Shown piece by piece: positions 35,624 through 46,070 of a stretch of DNA of 64,000 nucleotides. This DNA is from Dehalococcoidia bacterium. Lineage in GTDB: Bacteria > Chloroflexota > Dehalococcoidia > Dehalococcoidales > RBG-16-60-22. The notes beneath the pieces were generated by a model. The model made no database searches. It was given only the letters and a program-made list of their open reading frames with translations, and was not told where the DNA came from. The stretch covers positions 5,603 through 69,602 of the forward strand of contig DUFF01000069.1 in NCBI GenBank assembly GCA_011174815.1. The letters are read 5' to 3'. Position 1 is the stretch's first letter; the number at the start of each line of letters is the position of its first letter. The translations under genes and the position numbers were made by a program.

Positions 35624-37174
35624 TCACTTCTTTTCTGACAAACGGATATTTAGAGTGTTCTCAATATAATTTAAAGCTTCTTCTCTCGTGCTTATTTCTC
35701 CCGCCGCCTGTGCTTCGCGCACTGCCTCAAGTATCTCCGCGAAGCGCGGCCCCGGACTTAAGCCGAATATATCAATTAAATCGTGACCATCAACCAGCTT
35801 CGGCGGCGGTGCCAGCTTCTCTTCCTCCGCATGCTTGGCCAGCACGTAAGACATAACTTCCGCGTGCTCCCGCCAGTGAGCCAGGTCCAGATTCTTTCCC
35901 CTCGCCGCCAGGTGGTCAGCCAGACTGAAGAAAAGGGTGTCAATGCCGACTTCTCCGGTATCGCGGAAGTAACGGTAGATGGCCCGGGGGGTCGGCAGCC
36001 CCTCCTGGCTCATCTGTGTCGGCCGGAGGTGATGCCTCACCATCAGTTCCACAAGTTTTGTTTCCCTCTTGCTGAACCTCAGCCTCTCCATAATATCGGT
36101 TACGGCGAGGGCGCCTTCCCTAGCATGACCCAGAAAGCGCGTCCGTCCGCTCTCTTCAACCGTTCTGGTCTTTGGTTTGGCAATATCGTGTAGCAGTGCC
36201 ACCAGCCGCAGCAGTGACTTCCGGGTGCTGCCGTGGCCGACTTCTCGCGAGAAGTGCTGCGCCAGCTCTTCCGACCAAGGAGCAGCTTCCATGACTTCCG
36301 GGCCAGCGTAATCCCAGTCTCCCTCCCGGAGCAGAAAATCGACCGCCTTCACCGTGCGCAACGAGTGCTCGAAGACGTCCCAGTAATGCTCCTTGGGTTG
36401 CGTAACCCCTTTTGTCTGCGCCAGCTCGGGGAATATTTCGCCCAGCAGGCCCAGCTCTTCAAGGTGCTCAAGGTGCTGACCACCATGTGGTAAGACCAGC
36501 AGCCGGAGCAACTCTTCCCTCACCCTCTCCCCGGCCACACTGCCGATAAGATGATCATACTTCCGGATGAGCGCCTCCGTCTCGCCATGTATGGTAAAAG
36601 AAAGTTCCGCCGCCAGACGCACCGCTCGAAGCAGGCGTACCGGGTCCGCAGGAAAGGCCGACGCGCTTATCGCTCTGATAATGCTATCATTGAGGTCCTG
36701 CTCCCCGTGTAATGGGTCGATGAGCATCGGAGATTCTGGACGACGGAGCAGCTCTGCCAGTTCAATGGCCATGGCATCTATGGTGAAGTCCCGCCGCGCC
36801 ATATCCTGCTCAATGCCGTCCTCAATGGTGGAAAAATCGAGTTCCCATTTTCTATCGGCAACACTGAGCACCACCCGGCCCACCTCGTTTTCTTCGTCAA
36901 GGGGAAAGTATCTGCCGCCCAGGCCGGCAGCTATTTCGGAGGTCACTGCCAGCGCATTTCCGGCAACGGCGATGTCAATGTCTTCCACATCGCGGCCAAG
37001 CAGAATATCGCGCACCATCCCCCCGGCGAGGTAAGCGGTTATCCCCCGGTCTGCAAGATGCTGGTGAATTCTGGTCAGCAGGGAAAGAACGTCCGGTGCA
37101 ATGGATATTTTCACTTCCCGTGTCACTGAAGAGCACATCCGTTTCACTATACTTGAAGCAGCGCATTTTATCAA
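35624..37174 (-). CDS. cca: CCA-adding tRNA nucleotidyltransferase with HD domain
   Basis: Has AYLAGGMVRDILLGR..DIDI (pol-beta NTase) and LLHDIAKP (HD). The true start may be a few codons inside the ORF (for example 37138). Confidence 0.85.
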   Translation of the reverse strand: MIKCAASSIVKRMCSSVTREVKISIAPDVLSLLTRIHQHLADRGITAYLAGGMVRDILLGRDVEDIDIAVAGNALAVTSEIAAGLGGRYFPLDEENEVGRVVLSVADRKWELDFSTIEDGIEQDMARRDFTIDAMAIELAELLRRPESPMLIDPLHGEQDLNDSIIRAISASAFPADPVRLLRAVRLAAELSFTIHGETEALIRKYDHLIGSVAGERVREELLRLLVLPHGGQHLEHLEELGLLGEIFPELAQTKGVTQPKEHYWDVFEHSLRTVKAVDFLLREGDWDYAGPEVMEAAPWSEELAQHFSREVGHGSTRKSLLRLVALLHDIAKPKTRTVEESGRTRFLGHAREGALAVTDIMERLRFSKRETKLVELMVRHHLRPTQMSQEGLPTPRAIYRYFRDTGEVGIDTLFFSLADHLAARGKNLDLAHWREHAEVMSYVLAKHAEEEKLAPPPKLVDGHDLIDIFGLSPGPRFAEILEAVREAQAAGEISTREEALNYIENTLNIRLSEKK

Positions 37175-37221
37175 GTCTGGCTGGCTTGACGCTGGCCTTT
37201 GAAGTTGGTTAAGATGGGCCG

Positions 37222-38526
37222 ATGGTAGGCAGGCGCTCTGGGCTTTCTTATGCTTGGATAATAGTCGGTATCGTCATCATCAGCATGACGCTCATCTATG
37301 GCATCCGGCATTCCTTCGCGGTCTTTTTCCCTCCCATTCTGGAGGAATTCGGCTGGAGTCGAGGCGATACCGCCTTTATACTTTCCTTGAACCTGATTGT
37401 CTACGGCTCCCTGGCACCCATCACCGGCAGTCTCGGAGACCGCTGGAAACCGCGCCGTGTCATGCCCATCGGCCTCATCATTCTAGGCCTAGCAACGACG
37501 GGATGTGCCTTTGCCCGTGAGCTCTGGCATTTCTACCTGCTTCTCGGCGTTGCCGCCGCCATCGGAATGGCCTGCTCCGGCTGGCCTCTGCTGGCCCCGG
37601 CACTGGCAAACTGGTTTAGCCGAAAGCGCGGACTAGCCATGGGACTGGCACAGATGGGAGCCGGGCTCAGTTTCACCTACGGTATGTACGCCGAGTTCGT
37701 CATAGAGCAGCTGGGCTGGCGCCACGCCTACTTTGTGCTGGCAGGCACGCTAGGTGCCGTGCTGCTGCCGCTCTATCTCCTCTTCTTCCACTTCCGGCCG
37801 GAAAGCAAAGGGCTGAAACCCTACGGAGCCGATGAACTGGTGATGGCCGGGGATGAAGTACCTGAGGTGCCCGAGGTCAACCATGCCGTATCACACGACT
37901 GGACACTCCAGCAGGCAATGGGCACCTATCAGCTCTGGTTGCTTATGCTCACCTATTTCCTCTTCTGGGGCATCGGCACCTATATGGTAATCACGCATCA
38001 GGTTAAATTCGCCATAGATGTGGGTTACAGCAGCACCTTTGCCGCCTCCATCTTCGCCATCTACGGCATTGCCCAGATAGGAGGAAACCTGTCCGCCGGC
38101 ATATCGGACCGGATTGGCCGGGAGATGACAGTTACGCTCGCCAGCACACTGATGCTCTGCGCCCTGATAGCTCTGGTTTCCGTCAACGATACTTCCCGGC
38201 CGTGGCTTCTCTATATCTACGCCATCTGCTTTGGCTACGGAGGTGGCTTTTTCACCCCCACCATGACCGCTGGTGCCGCTGATATCTTCCACGGCAAGCA
38301 CTTTGGCGCCATCGCCGGCATACTGCTGACCGGTATGGGCATCGGGGGGGTTATCGGCCCTTGGCTGGGCGGTTACATACACGATATCACCGGAAGCTAC
38401 ACCAGCGCCTTTTTCCTCTGCATGGGTGCCTTCGTCCTCGCCTGCACCTCTTTCTGGATTGCCGCGCCGAGAAACGCGGACAGGCTGAATGTTAAAATAA
38501 GAAAAACGCGTACACCGTTCGATTAA
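37222..38526 (+). CDS. MFS transporter (oxalate/formate antiporter-like)
   Basis: 434 aa with 12 TM helices and GSLGDRWKPRR. Confidence 0.8.
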   Translation: MVGRRSGLSYAWIIVGIVIISMTLIYGIRHSFAVFFPPILEEFGWSRGDTAFILSLNLIVYGSLAPITGSLGDRWKPRRVMPIGLIILGLATTGCAFARELWHFYLLLGVAAAIGMACSGWPLLAPALANWFSRKRGLAMGLAQMGAGLSFTYGMYAEFVIEQLGWRHAYFVLAGTLGAVLLPLYLLFFHFRPESKGLKPYGADELVMAGDEVPEVPEVNHAVSHDWTLQQAMGTYQLWLLMLTYFLFWGIGTYMVITHQVKFAIDVGYSSTFAASIFAIYGIAQIGGNLSAGISDRIGREMTVTLASTLMLCALIALVSVNDTSRPWLLYIYAICFGYGGGFFTPTMTAGAADIFHGKHFGAIAGILLTGMGIGGVIGPWLGGYIHDITGSYTSAFFLCMGAFVLACTSFWIAAPRNADRLNVKIRKTRTPFD

Positions 38527-38536
38527 TGTCGCTGCC

Positions 38537-39346
38537 ATGTTATTCAAAAGGGATAAGCCCATGGACGAACGGACTCTAGACCATCTGGCCGAAAGTGCCG
38601 CTGACCTGATTTTCAGGTCGAAGAAAATAGTGGCCTTCACCGGCGCCGGTGTCAGCACCGAATCAGGCATACCCGATTTCCGCAGCCCGGGCGGTATCTG
38701 GGACCGTTTTGACCCCGACGATTTCACTTATCAGAAGTTCGTCGGTAGTGCCGATGCCAGGCGAAAACAGTGGCAGTTGCTCTGGAAGGATCGCCTGACG
38801 GAGACGGTGCAGCCAAACCCCGCCCACTACGCCATTGCCGAACTGGACAGACGGGGCAAGCTCGACTGCGTCATTACCCAGAATGTGGACAGTCTGCACC
38901 AAACCGCCGGCGTCCCCGATGATAAGGTTCTGGAACTGCATGGCAGTATGAGAAGGGTGCTCTGCCTGCAATGCGGTCGGAGATACCCCATGGCGGAGAT
39001 AAAAAAGAGGCTGTATGACGGCGAGGAAGTCCCCGGCTGCGAAGCATGTCACGGCATACTGAAACCGGATGTCGTTCTTTTCGGCGAGGCATTGCCGGAT
39101 GCGGTATTTTCTGAAGCGGCTTTCCGCGCCGAGCACTGTGACCTTTTTATCGTCGTCGGCTCTAGCCTGGTGGTCTATCCGGCGGCACAGCTCCCAGCCT
39201 ATGCTGCCGATTCCGGTGCTACGCTAATTATCATAAACCTGAGTGAAACGCCCATGGACAGGCAGGCAAGCATACTCATCAGGGCCAAAGCCGGGGAGGC
39301 TATGACACGAATCATGCAGAAGCTGGCCAAAAAGATGAACGGTTGA
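38537..39346 (+). CDS. cobB: NAD-dependent protein deacylase (Sir2 family)
   Basis: Has GAGVSTESGIPDFRSPGG, QNVDSLH and Zn cysteines CLQCGR...CEAC. Confidence 0.9.
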   Translation: MLFKRDKPMDERTLDHLAESAADLIFRSKKIVAFTGAGVSTESGIPDFRSPGGIWDRFDPDDFTYQKFVGSADARRKQWQLLWKDRLTETVQPNPAHYAIAELDRRGKLDCVITQNVDSLHQTAGVPDDKVLELHGSMRRVLCLQCGRRYPMAEIKKRLYDGEEVPGCEACHGILKPDVVLFGEALPDAVFSEAAFRAEHCDLFIVVGSSLVVYPAAQLPAYAADSGATLIIINLSETPMDRQASILIRAKAGEAMTRIMQKLAKKMNG

Positions 39347-39411
39347 ATTGATATCGCTCTTCAACTATAATTTAGTGGCTCGTAAATGCAACGAGGTTTA
39401 ATGCTCTGGCA

Positions 39412-40404
39412 ATGAAATTCGAACTTGCCCGCAAGGTATTATCCGGGGATACTATCGCCGCCGCCAAGCTTATCAGCGGCATTGCCGACGAAGTGCCCGG
39501 CGCCTTAGCCGAAATGAACCAAATCTATCCCCATACCGGAAAGGCGTATATCATCGGCGTTACTGGGGCACCGGGTGCCGGCAAGAGCACGCTGACGGGC
39601 AACCTTATCAGTCACTTTCGCCAGGAGGGCAAGTCCGTAGGCGTTATCGCCATTGACCCGACGAGCGCCTTTACCGGTGGGGCGTTGCTGGGCGACCGAA
39701 TCCGGATGCAGCAGCACGGCGAGGATAAGGACGTCTTCATCCGGAGTCTGGCAACGCGCGGTTTGCAGGGCGGTCTGGCCAAGGCCACCATCGGGACAAC
39801 CCATATTATGGACGCGATGGGCAAGGATATCATTCTGGTGGAGACCGTAGGCTCGGGGCAGATAGAAATAGATATCACCAAGGTGGCCGATACCACGCTG
39901 TTCGTCATGACGCCAGGGGCAGGAGACGCCATTCAGATGATGAAGGCGGGCATCCTGGAAGCCACCGATATCTTTGTCATCAACAAGGCGGACAAGAGCG
40001 GTGCTGACATTATAAAAAGCGACCTCCAGTCCATGCTCTCGATGAGGAACCAGCTTCCCGATGAATGGCAGCCCGGCATCATCCTAACCGAAGCCATATA
40101 TGACAAAGGCACTGCGGAACTGGCCGCCGAGATAGCCAGGCACCGGGAATACCTGAATAAAACCGGCGAACTGAAGAAACGGAAGCAGGGCAGGCTGAAA
40201 CTGGAACTGATGGAAACGGTGGAAAGGTTCGTCAGGGACTGCATCAACGGTATTGACCACGGCGACTATCTGGCCAAGCTTGTTAATGACCTGGACAAGG
40301 GGAAAACAAATCCCCAGGCGGCCGCGCAGCAGCTGGTCAGCCGACTGGCCAGCGACCTTGGCCGGATAAAAAAGGTCCGCCAATCTGGCCGCAAAATGGC
40401 ATAA
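39412..40404 (+). CDS. meaB: Methylmalonyl-CoA mutase-associated GTPase MeaB/ArgK
   Basis: 330 aa with GVTGAPGAGKSTL, VETVGSGQ and INKADK. Confidence 0.88.
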   Translation: MKFELARKVLSGDTIAAAKLISGIADEVPGALAEMNQIYPHTGKAYIIGVTGAPGAGKSTLTGNLISHFRQEGKSVGVIAIDPTSAFTGGALLGDRIRMQQHGEDKDVFIRSLATRGLQGGLAKATIGTTHIMDAMGKDIILVETVGSGQIEIDITKVADTTLFVMTPGAGDAIQMMKAGILEATDIFVINKADKSGADIIKSDLQSMLSMRNQLPDEWQPGIILTEAIYDKGTAELAAEIARHREYLNKTGELKKRKQGRLKLELMETVERFVRDCINGIDHGDYLAKLVNDLDKGKTNPQAAAQQLVSRLASDLGRIKKVRQSGRKMA

Positions 40405-40450
40405 CACGATAGCTGGGTTCACCAGCTATCGGCGTCATTAGGAGGTAGAG

Positions 40451-41596
40451 ATGGATTTTTCCCTCACTGAAGAGCAAAAGATGCTCAAGGCAATGGTCAC
40501 CGATTTTGCCAGTAAAGAGCTGGAACCAATCGCCGCCCAGATAGATGAGGAGTCCAGGTTTCCTGCGGAAAGTATTCCCAAGATGGCCGGTCTCGGGCTC
40601 CTCGGCGTCGGGTTTCCCGAGGAGTACGGAGGCAGCGGCGGCGGTGCCACCGAGTTCTGCCTGGCTATCGAAGAGGTGAGCCGCGTTTGTGCCGCCACCG
40701 GCGCCATTCTCCTGGCCAGCTCCGGGCTGGTTGGCATACCAATCTATATGCACGGCAATGAAGAGCAGAAAAAACGTTTTGTACCTCCCATCGCCAGTGG
40801 CGAAATGCTCGGCGCTTTCGCACTGACGGAGGCGGGCGCGGGCAGCGATCCCGCCTCGCTGGAGACCACCGCCGCCCGCAAGGATAACGGCTATGTCCTC
40901 AACGGCACTAAAATATTTATCACCAACGGGGCTGAAGCCGGCATTGTCCTTGTCTTCGCCACCGTTGACAAATCCCTGCGTCACAAGGGCATCGCTGCCT
41001 TCATTGTGGAAAAGGACACCCCCGGCCTTTCTGTGGGCAAGCATGAGCACAAGATGGGCATACGGGGCTCGTCAACTGTGGAACTGGTATTCGAGGACTG
41101 TTTTGTGCCCGAGGAAAATCGCCTCGGCGACGAGGGCGACGGATTCAAAATCGCCATCAACACCATAGACGCCAGCCGGGTCGTGGTCGCCGCTCAGGCG
41201 CTGGGCATCGCCCAGGGAGCCTTTGACCGTGCTCTGGCCTATGCCAAAGAGCGGCAGCAGTTCGGCCAGCCGATTATCAATTTTCAGGCGATTCAGTGGA
41301 TGCTGGCTGATATGGCCACACAGATTGACGCCGCCCGGCTGCTTATCTACCGCGCCGCCTACCTGCAGGACCAGGGGCAGCCTTTCATCAAAGAAGCTTC
41401 AATGGCCAAGGTCTATGCTGCGGAAACGGCGTCGTTTGTGGCCAATAAAGCCGTCCAGATATTCGGCGGCTACGGCTACATCAAGGAATACCCCCTGGAA
41501 CGCTTCCTGAGAGATGCCAAAATCACCGAAATCTACGAGGGTACATCGGAAATGCAGCGCATGACCATAGCCCGGCAGCTGATGAAGGAGGGGTAA
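40451..41596 (+). CDS. Acyl-CoA dehydrogenase
   Basis: 381 aa with [10 protein letters not shown] and [34 protein letters not shown]. Confidence 0.9.
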   Translation: MDFSLTEEQKMLKAMVTDFASKELEPIAAQIDEESRFPAESIPKMAGLGLLGVGFPEEYGGSGGGATEFCLAIEEVSRVCAATGAILLASSGLVGIPIYMHGNEEQKKRFVPPIASGEMLGAFALTEAGAGSDPASLETTAARKDNGYVLNGTKIFITNGAEAGIVLVFATVDKSLRHKGIAAFIVEKDTPGLSVGKHEHKMGIRGSSTVELVFEDCFVPEENRLGDEGDGFKIAINTIDASRVVVAAQALGIAQGAFDRALAYAKERQQFGQPIINFQAIQWMLADMATQIDAARLLIYRAAYLQDQGQPFIKEASMAKVYAAETASFVANKAVQIFGGYGYIKEYPLERFLRDAKITEIYEGTSEMQRMTIARQLMKEG

Positions 41597-41607
41597 AAGA
41601 GGGGATA

Positions 41608-41766
41608 TTATTTCTTATCCAGCCCTTTTTCCTTTACCATCGCCTTGGTGTGCTTGCTGATCTCATCGGCTTTGGCGAGCAGCCATATCATGATTCCCAG
41701 GCAAAGCAGAAAAAATCCGATGCCGATGGGCCCTGACCAGAAAAAGAGCAGCCATAAGTTGTCCAT
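41608..41766 (-). CDS. Candidate 52-aa membrane protein
   Basis: ATG at 41766 after gggaggagaaga. Encodes MDNLWLLFFWSGPIGIGFFLLCLGIMIWLLAKADEISKHTKAMVKEKGLDKK. It is the last gene of the thiolase/DUF35 operon and too short for the ORF track. Confidence 0.45.
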   Translation of the reverse strand: MDNLWLLFFWSGPIGIGFFLLCLGIMIWLLAKADEISKHTKAMVKEKGLDKK

Positions 41767-41792
41767 TCTTCTCCTCCCTAATTTATTTCAGC

Positions 41793-42221
41793 CTAAGCCT
41801 CCAAGACAAAGGTCGGGCTGGCGCCCTCGCCAGCGGAGTACTTATCGCCGGGGAAAATTCTGGTCTCGGTCATTTTGACCCGCTTGCCTATCAGCGTTTC
41901 CATGGTGGCTTTCTCCGGATCCACGCCAGTTAAATTGCCCATTAGCCAGGGGCCCTCGTCCAGCTCAACCAGCAGAATGGTATAGGGCACTTCACTCTCG
42001 CGTCCTTCAGAGGCAACGTTGCAGGTGGTAAAGGTCTGTATCTTTCCGGCGCCTTTCAGTTCCAGAACTTCCAGATCCATACTGGCACAGCTGCGGCACA
42101 CCAGCTTGGGAGGTACGGTTACGCTACCGCAATTCTGACACTTCAATCCCAGCAATTTATTCTGTTTCAGCGCCTCGCGATATTCTTTATAGGTGAGTTT
42201 ATATTCCATCTTGGCCTCCAA
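41793..42221 (-). CDS. DUF35 zinc-ribbon/OB-fold protein (thiolase partner)
   Basis: 142 aa with CQNCGSVTVPPKLVCRSC followed by an OB-fold. Confidence 0.85.
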   Translation of the reverse strand: MEAKMEYKLTYKEYREALKQNKLLGLKCQNCGSVTVPPKLVCRSCASMDLEVLELKGAGKIQTFTTCNVASEGRESEVPYTILLVELDEGPWLMGNLTGVDPEKATMETLIGKRVKMTETRIFPGDKYSAGEGASPTFVLEA

Positions 42222-42238
42222 GCATAAAGCGACTTCTA

Positions 42239-43417
42239 TTACCAGCCCCGCTGCAGAATCAGATTGACCAGCGTGCAGCCGTCCCCACCCAGGGTGTCGG
42301 TCATGCCGATTCTGCCTCCCTCTACCTGCCGTTCCGGCTCCACCTCTTCTCTCAGCTGCTTGGCTATCTCATAGACCTGGCCGGCACCGGTGGCACCGAT
42401 GGGATGCCCTTTCGCCTTGAGACCGCCGGAAGTATTGATGGCGACTTTGCCGCCGATATCGGCTTCTCCCTTGGCCCAGGCCTCGCCAGACGTACCGTAA
42501 TCGAAAAAGCCGAGGCTTTCTGCGGCAATGAGGCTGGCGATGCTGAAGCAGTCGTGCAGCTCGCAGATATCGATATCTTCCGGTTTGAGGCCGGCCATTT
42601 CATAGGCCTGCTTGGCCGATAGCTCCCTGGCTCTAAGCCTAGGGAGGTACTCCTGCTGATTGGCCAGAGGACCATTGGAGGCCTGCCCGGCGCCAACCAC
42701 AAATACCGGCTTGCTGGTAAGCTTTTTGGCCGTCTCTTCCGAAGCCAGCACCAGGGCAGCGGCGCCGTCGGAAAACGGGCAGCAGTCATGCAACTGCAGC
42801 GGCGTGCTCACCATGAAAGAGCTCAGCACTGCCTCCATGGTTACTTCCTTGCGCAGATGAGCCTGAGGATTGAACATGCCATATTTATAGGACTGCACGG
42901 ACACGGCAGCCAGTTGCTCTTTCAGCTTGGGCAGCGGTACGCCATACTTGGCCGCATAGAGGTGTGCCAGCATGGCAAAGACCGCCGGAAAGGTGATGCC
43001 CGAGGGAAACTCATAGCGTGAATCGCTGAACATGGCGAAGGTGCGCGTGGCCAGAGGTGTTCCCATGGTGGCCGCCCTTTCTACACCACCGGCCAGGACT
43101 ACATCATAGAAACCGGAGGCGACCCACATCCAGGCATCCCGTACCGCCATGCTCGCCGAAGCACAGGCACCTTCATAGCGATTGGCCGGCACGTTGAAAC
43201 AGCCGATGTTTTCCGCAGCAAAGGCCTGCATTGAGCCCTGCCCTTCGGAAAAATCCCCTAGCACATTGCCCAGGTAAAGGGCCTGAATGTCCTTCGGCTT
43301 CAGGTTTGATTCCGTCAGCGCTTCCGCAGCCGCTTCGGCAAAGAGCTCGACGCTCGTCCTTTCCTGCGGACCGCTGAATTTGGTTTCCCCCACGCCAACT
43401 ACGGCAACTTTACGCAT
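42239..43417 (-). CDS. Thiolase-domain protein (SCP-x/archaeal-type acetyl-CoA acyltransferase)
   Basis: 392 aa with the active-site region EGACASASMAV, C-terminal GHPIGATG and a thiolase fold. Paired with DUF35. Confidence 0.85.
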   Translation of the reverse strand: MRKVAVVGVGETKFSGPQERTSVELFAEAAAEALTESNLKPKDIQALYLGNVLGDFSEGQGSMQAFAAENIGCFNVPANRYEGACASASMAVRDAWMWVASGFYDVVLAGGVERAATMGTPLATRTFAMFSDSRYEFPSGITFPAVFAMLAHLYAAKYGVPLPKLKEQLAAVSVQSYKYGMFNPQAHLRKEVTMEAVLSSFMVSTPLQLHDCCPFSDGAAALVLASEETAKKLTSKPVFVVGAGQASNGPLANQQEYLPRLRARELSAKQAYEMAGLKPEDIDICELHDCFSIASLIAAESLGFFDYGTSGEAWAKGEADIGGKVAINTSGGLKAKGHPIGATGAGQVYEIAKQLREEVEPERQVEGGRIGMTDTLGGDGCTLVNLILQRGW

Positions 43418-43477
43418 GTCTTCCCTCCCGTTCCGAATCTCCGTCTAATATTAACTTACAATATTCCCGATATACCG

Positions 43478-45532
43478 TCAAACGTCAGGCATTGCCTTCA
43501 GGACCAGTTCCGCGATGTCCATTGCTTTCACTGATTCCCCTGCCCCCTTGGTCTGTATCCCATCCTCAAACATCTGCAAACAGTAGGGGCAGGCCGTGGC
43601 AATGACCCCGGCCTCTGTTGACAGTGCCTGCTCGGTGCGCATTTCATTGATTCGCTGACCGACCCTCTGCTCTTCCAGCCAGAGGTGCCCGCCGCCAGCG
43701 CCACAGCAGAACCCGTACTCCATATTCCTCTTCATCTCCACCAGCTTCACGCCATTGAGGCCATGCAGAATCTGCCGTGGTGCATCGAAGATACCGTTGT
43801 ACCGTCCCAGATAACACGAGTCATGGTAGGTAATTACGCCAGTCATTTCCCTGCTGCCCGGCAGTTTGCCTTCCGCCATAAGAGCAGCCATCAGTTCGGT
43901 GTGGTGGACGACCTCGAAATCGCCGCCGAACTGCGGGTACTCATGTTTCAGCGTGTTGTAGCAGTGGGGGCAGCCGGTAACTATCCTCTTGATTCCGTAT
44001 TTGTTTAACAGTTCGATGTTCTGCTGCGCCTGCATCTGAAACAGGTATTCGTTGCCCAGCCGGCGTGCTGGGTCGCCGCAGCACACCTCTTCTGTGCCCA
44101 GAATAGCAAATTGCACTCCAGCCCGCTTCAGTACCCTGGCGATAGCCTGAGCTACCTGAGTACTTCTTTCCTCCAGGGCCTCGGTACAGCCAACCCAGAA
44201 CAGCAGGTCAATATCACTATCGTCGGCCAGCGTTTTGACCTCAAGCCCCTCTGCCCAGTCGGTGCGGCTCAGCGTTGTCCCCCGCCACGGGTGTCCCCTG
44301 GCCTCAAGGCATTTCAGAGCGCCTTCGCCGGTCTCCGGAATGGATGCCCGCTCCATCACCAAGTTTCTCCGCATCTCAATGAGCTTGACCATCGGCTCAA
44401 TATATACCGGGCAGGCTTCCTGACAGGCGTAACAGGTGGTGCAATTCCAGATTTCATCCTCACCTATCACCTCGCCAATCATCTGCCCGTTATTTTCCGG
44501 ATTTTTTTCCTCGGCCTTCCTTTTAAGTAAGGCCGGCGCCCGCGCCAGCAGGTGGCCTTTCAAATCTTGGATGACCTTCTTCGGGCTGAGGGGCTTGCCG
44601 CTGAGGTAGGCGGGGCAGTTGTCCTGGCAGCGCCCGCAGCGCGTGCAGGCATCAAGGTCCAGCAGGTGTTTCCAAGTGAAATTTTGAATCCGGTCAACGC
44701 CGAAGGTTTCCGTTGCCTCCAGATCAATCGGCGCCAGAGCACCGCGCGGCTCCAGGTTCCGGAAAAAGACGTTGATCGGGGACACAATGATGTGCCACAG
44801 ACGGTTCCAGGCAAGCGCAACATAGATTATAGCGCCGATGGTCAGCAGGGAATGCAACCACCAGGCAATCTTATGCCACAGGAGTAGTGTCGACTGGCCC
44901 AGCCCGCTGAAGCCCAACGCCAGCAGGTAGCCGCCGGGCGACCACGCCGCCCAATCAGGGTTGGTCTTCAGCTCGGTAGCAGCAATGCGGAATCCCTCTA
45001 TGACGAAGCCGCTGACCGCTATAACCAGAAGGAGCAGCAGGGCAATCAGGTCTTCCATTCGGTTGTCCAGCCGGTCCGGCTTCTGAACGTAACGGCGGTA
45101 CAGGGCCAGAATGACGCCGATGATGAGCAGCAGCCCGAAGATATCGAGGGCCAGTGAGAGGCCGAGATAGACACCGCCCTGCAGAAACTCATAAAGATAA
45201 TGGCTGGCGGCGACCAGCACCGTCCCGATGAACAGGACGACAAAACCGGCAAAAATCAGAAAATGAATGATTCCCGGATATAGCTCTCTGAAATGCCGTC
45301 CCCGGCTCACACCGAAGAATTTGCCATGCAACAGGAGGTGCAATATCTTATATTTGAAAAGTGCCCATATTCTTCTTCCCAGAGGGTGAAGACGGTCATC
45401 CGGCTGGCCTATTCGCCAGAGCCTCACCCGGCGATAGAAGGCGTATATAAAAATGCCGACCGCTACCGCTGCCAGCACATCGATGATAACGCCAAGTTGA
45501 ATATTCCAGAATACTTCTCGAGCTGGCTCCAT
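43478..45532 (-). CDS. Membrane-bound Fe-S oxidoreductase (NarI-like TM domain, 2x[4Fe-4S], CCG domains; HdrD/DsrK-like)
   Basis: 684 aa. The N-terminus has about 5-6 TM helices, followed by CTRCGRCQDNCP and CTTCYACQEACP, then two cysteine-rich CCG-type regions (EEVCCGDP, GFCCGAGGG). Confidence 0.8.
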   Translation of the reverse strand: MEPAREVFWNIQLGVIIDVLAAVAVGIFIYAFYRRVRLWRIGQPDDRLHPLGRRIWALFKYKILHLLLHGKFFGVSRGRHFRELYPGIIHFLIFAGFVVLFIGTVLVAASHYLYEFLQGGVYLGLSLALDIFGLLLIIGVILALYRRYVQKPDRLDNRMEDLIALLLLLVIAVSGFVIEGFRIAATELKTNPDWAAWSPGGYLLALGFSGLGQSTLLLWHKIAWWLHSLLTIGAIIYVALAWNRLWHIIVSPINVFFRNLEPRGALAPIDLEATETFGVDRIQNFTWKHLLDLDACTRCGRCQDNCPAYLSGKPLSPKKVIQDLKGHLLARAPALLKRKAEEKNPENNGQMIGEVIGEDEIWNCTTCYACQEACPVYIEPMVKLIEMRRNLVMERASIPETGEGALKCLEARGHPWRGTTLSRTDWAEGLEVKTLADDSDIDLLFWVGCTEALEERSTQVAQAIARVLKRAGVQFAILGTEEVCCGDPARRLGNEYLFQMQAQQNIELLNKYGIKRIVTGCPHCYNTLKHEYPQFGGDFEVVHHTELMAALMAEGKLPGSREMTGVITYHDSCYLGRYNGIFDAPRQILHGLNGVKLVEMKRNMEYGFCCGAGGGHLWLEEQRVGQRINEMRTEQALSTEAGVIATACPYCLQMFEDGIQTKGAGESVKAMDIAELVLKAMPDV

Positions 45533-45560
45533 ATCACCCCTTTCTAAGGTCGCCTATTCA

Positions 45561-46070
45561 TCATCGCAGGCGGGTAACAGCGATAAAAATACCGAGTGCT
45601 ACTGATGCCAGAGCAAGGAGTATAGGGAACAGACCAAAAGGAAGGCTGAAGAACCGACCGATTGGCAAGATTAGCGGAAAGAACAAGGCTATCAAGTAGC
45701 TTACGGCCACGCCGGCACCGGCTACTGCTGCCAGTCCCCGACCACGTTTGCGGTTGACGGCACGGCTGACCACCTCACCTATTACATAGCCGACCCCGGC
45801 GCCGAGCAGCAGGTTTAAGAAGAAGAACGGCAAAAATTGGCTAATCACTCCCCAGAGCACACCGGTGACCAGCGCCATACCCAGAGCCGTGCCGATAGCG
45901 CGCAGGTAGTATATAGTGGAGACGCGGTACGTGGGCAATTTATATAACCGGGCACATTCCGGGCACCTGGCACCCACCGGCGTCTGTACCATGCACTTGG
46001 GACATATCGGCTTGCCGCACTTGCCGCATCTAAGATTCGTTTCCACTCCGGGATGAGCTGCACACTTCAT
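45561..46070 (-). CDS. Zinc-ribbon (B-box-like) membrane protein
   Basis: The start at MKCAAHPGV (46070) overlaps the plsY stop (TGATG). Has CAAHPG...CGKCGKPICPKC...CPEC followed by 4 TM helices. Confidence 0.6.
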   Translation of the reverse strand: MKCAAHPGVETNLRCGKCGKPICPKCMVQTPVGARCPECARLYKLPTYRVSTIYYLRAIGTALGMALVTGVLWGVISQFLPFFFLNLLLGAGVGYVIGEVVSRAVNRKRGRGLAAVAGAGVAVSYLIALFFPLILPIGRFFSLPFGLFPILLALASVALGIFIAVTRLR

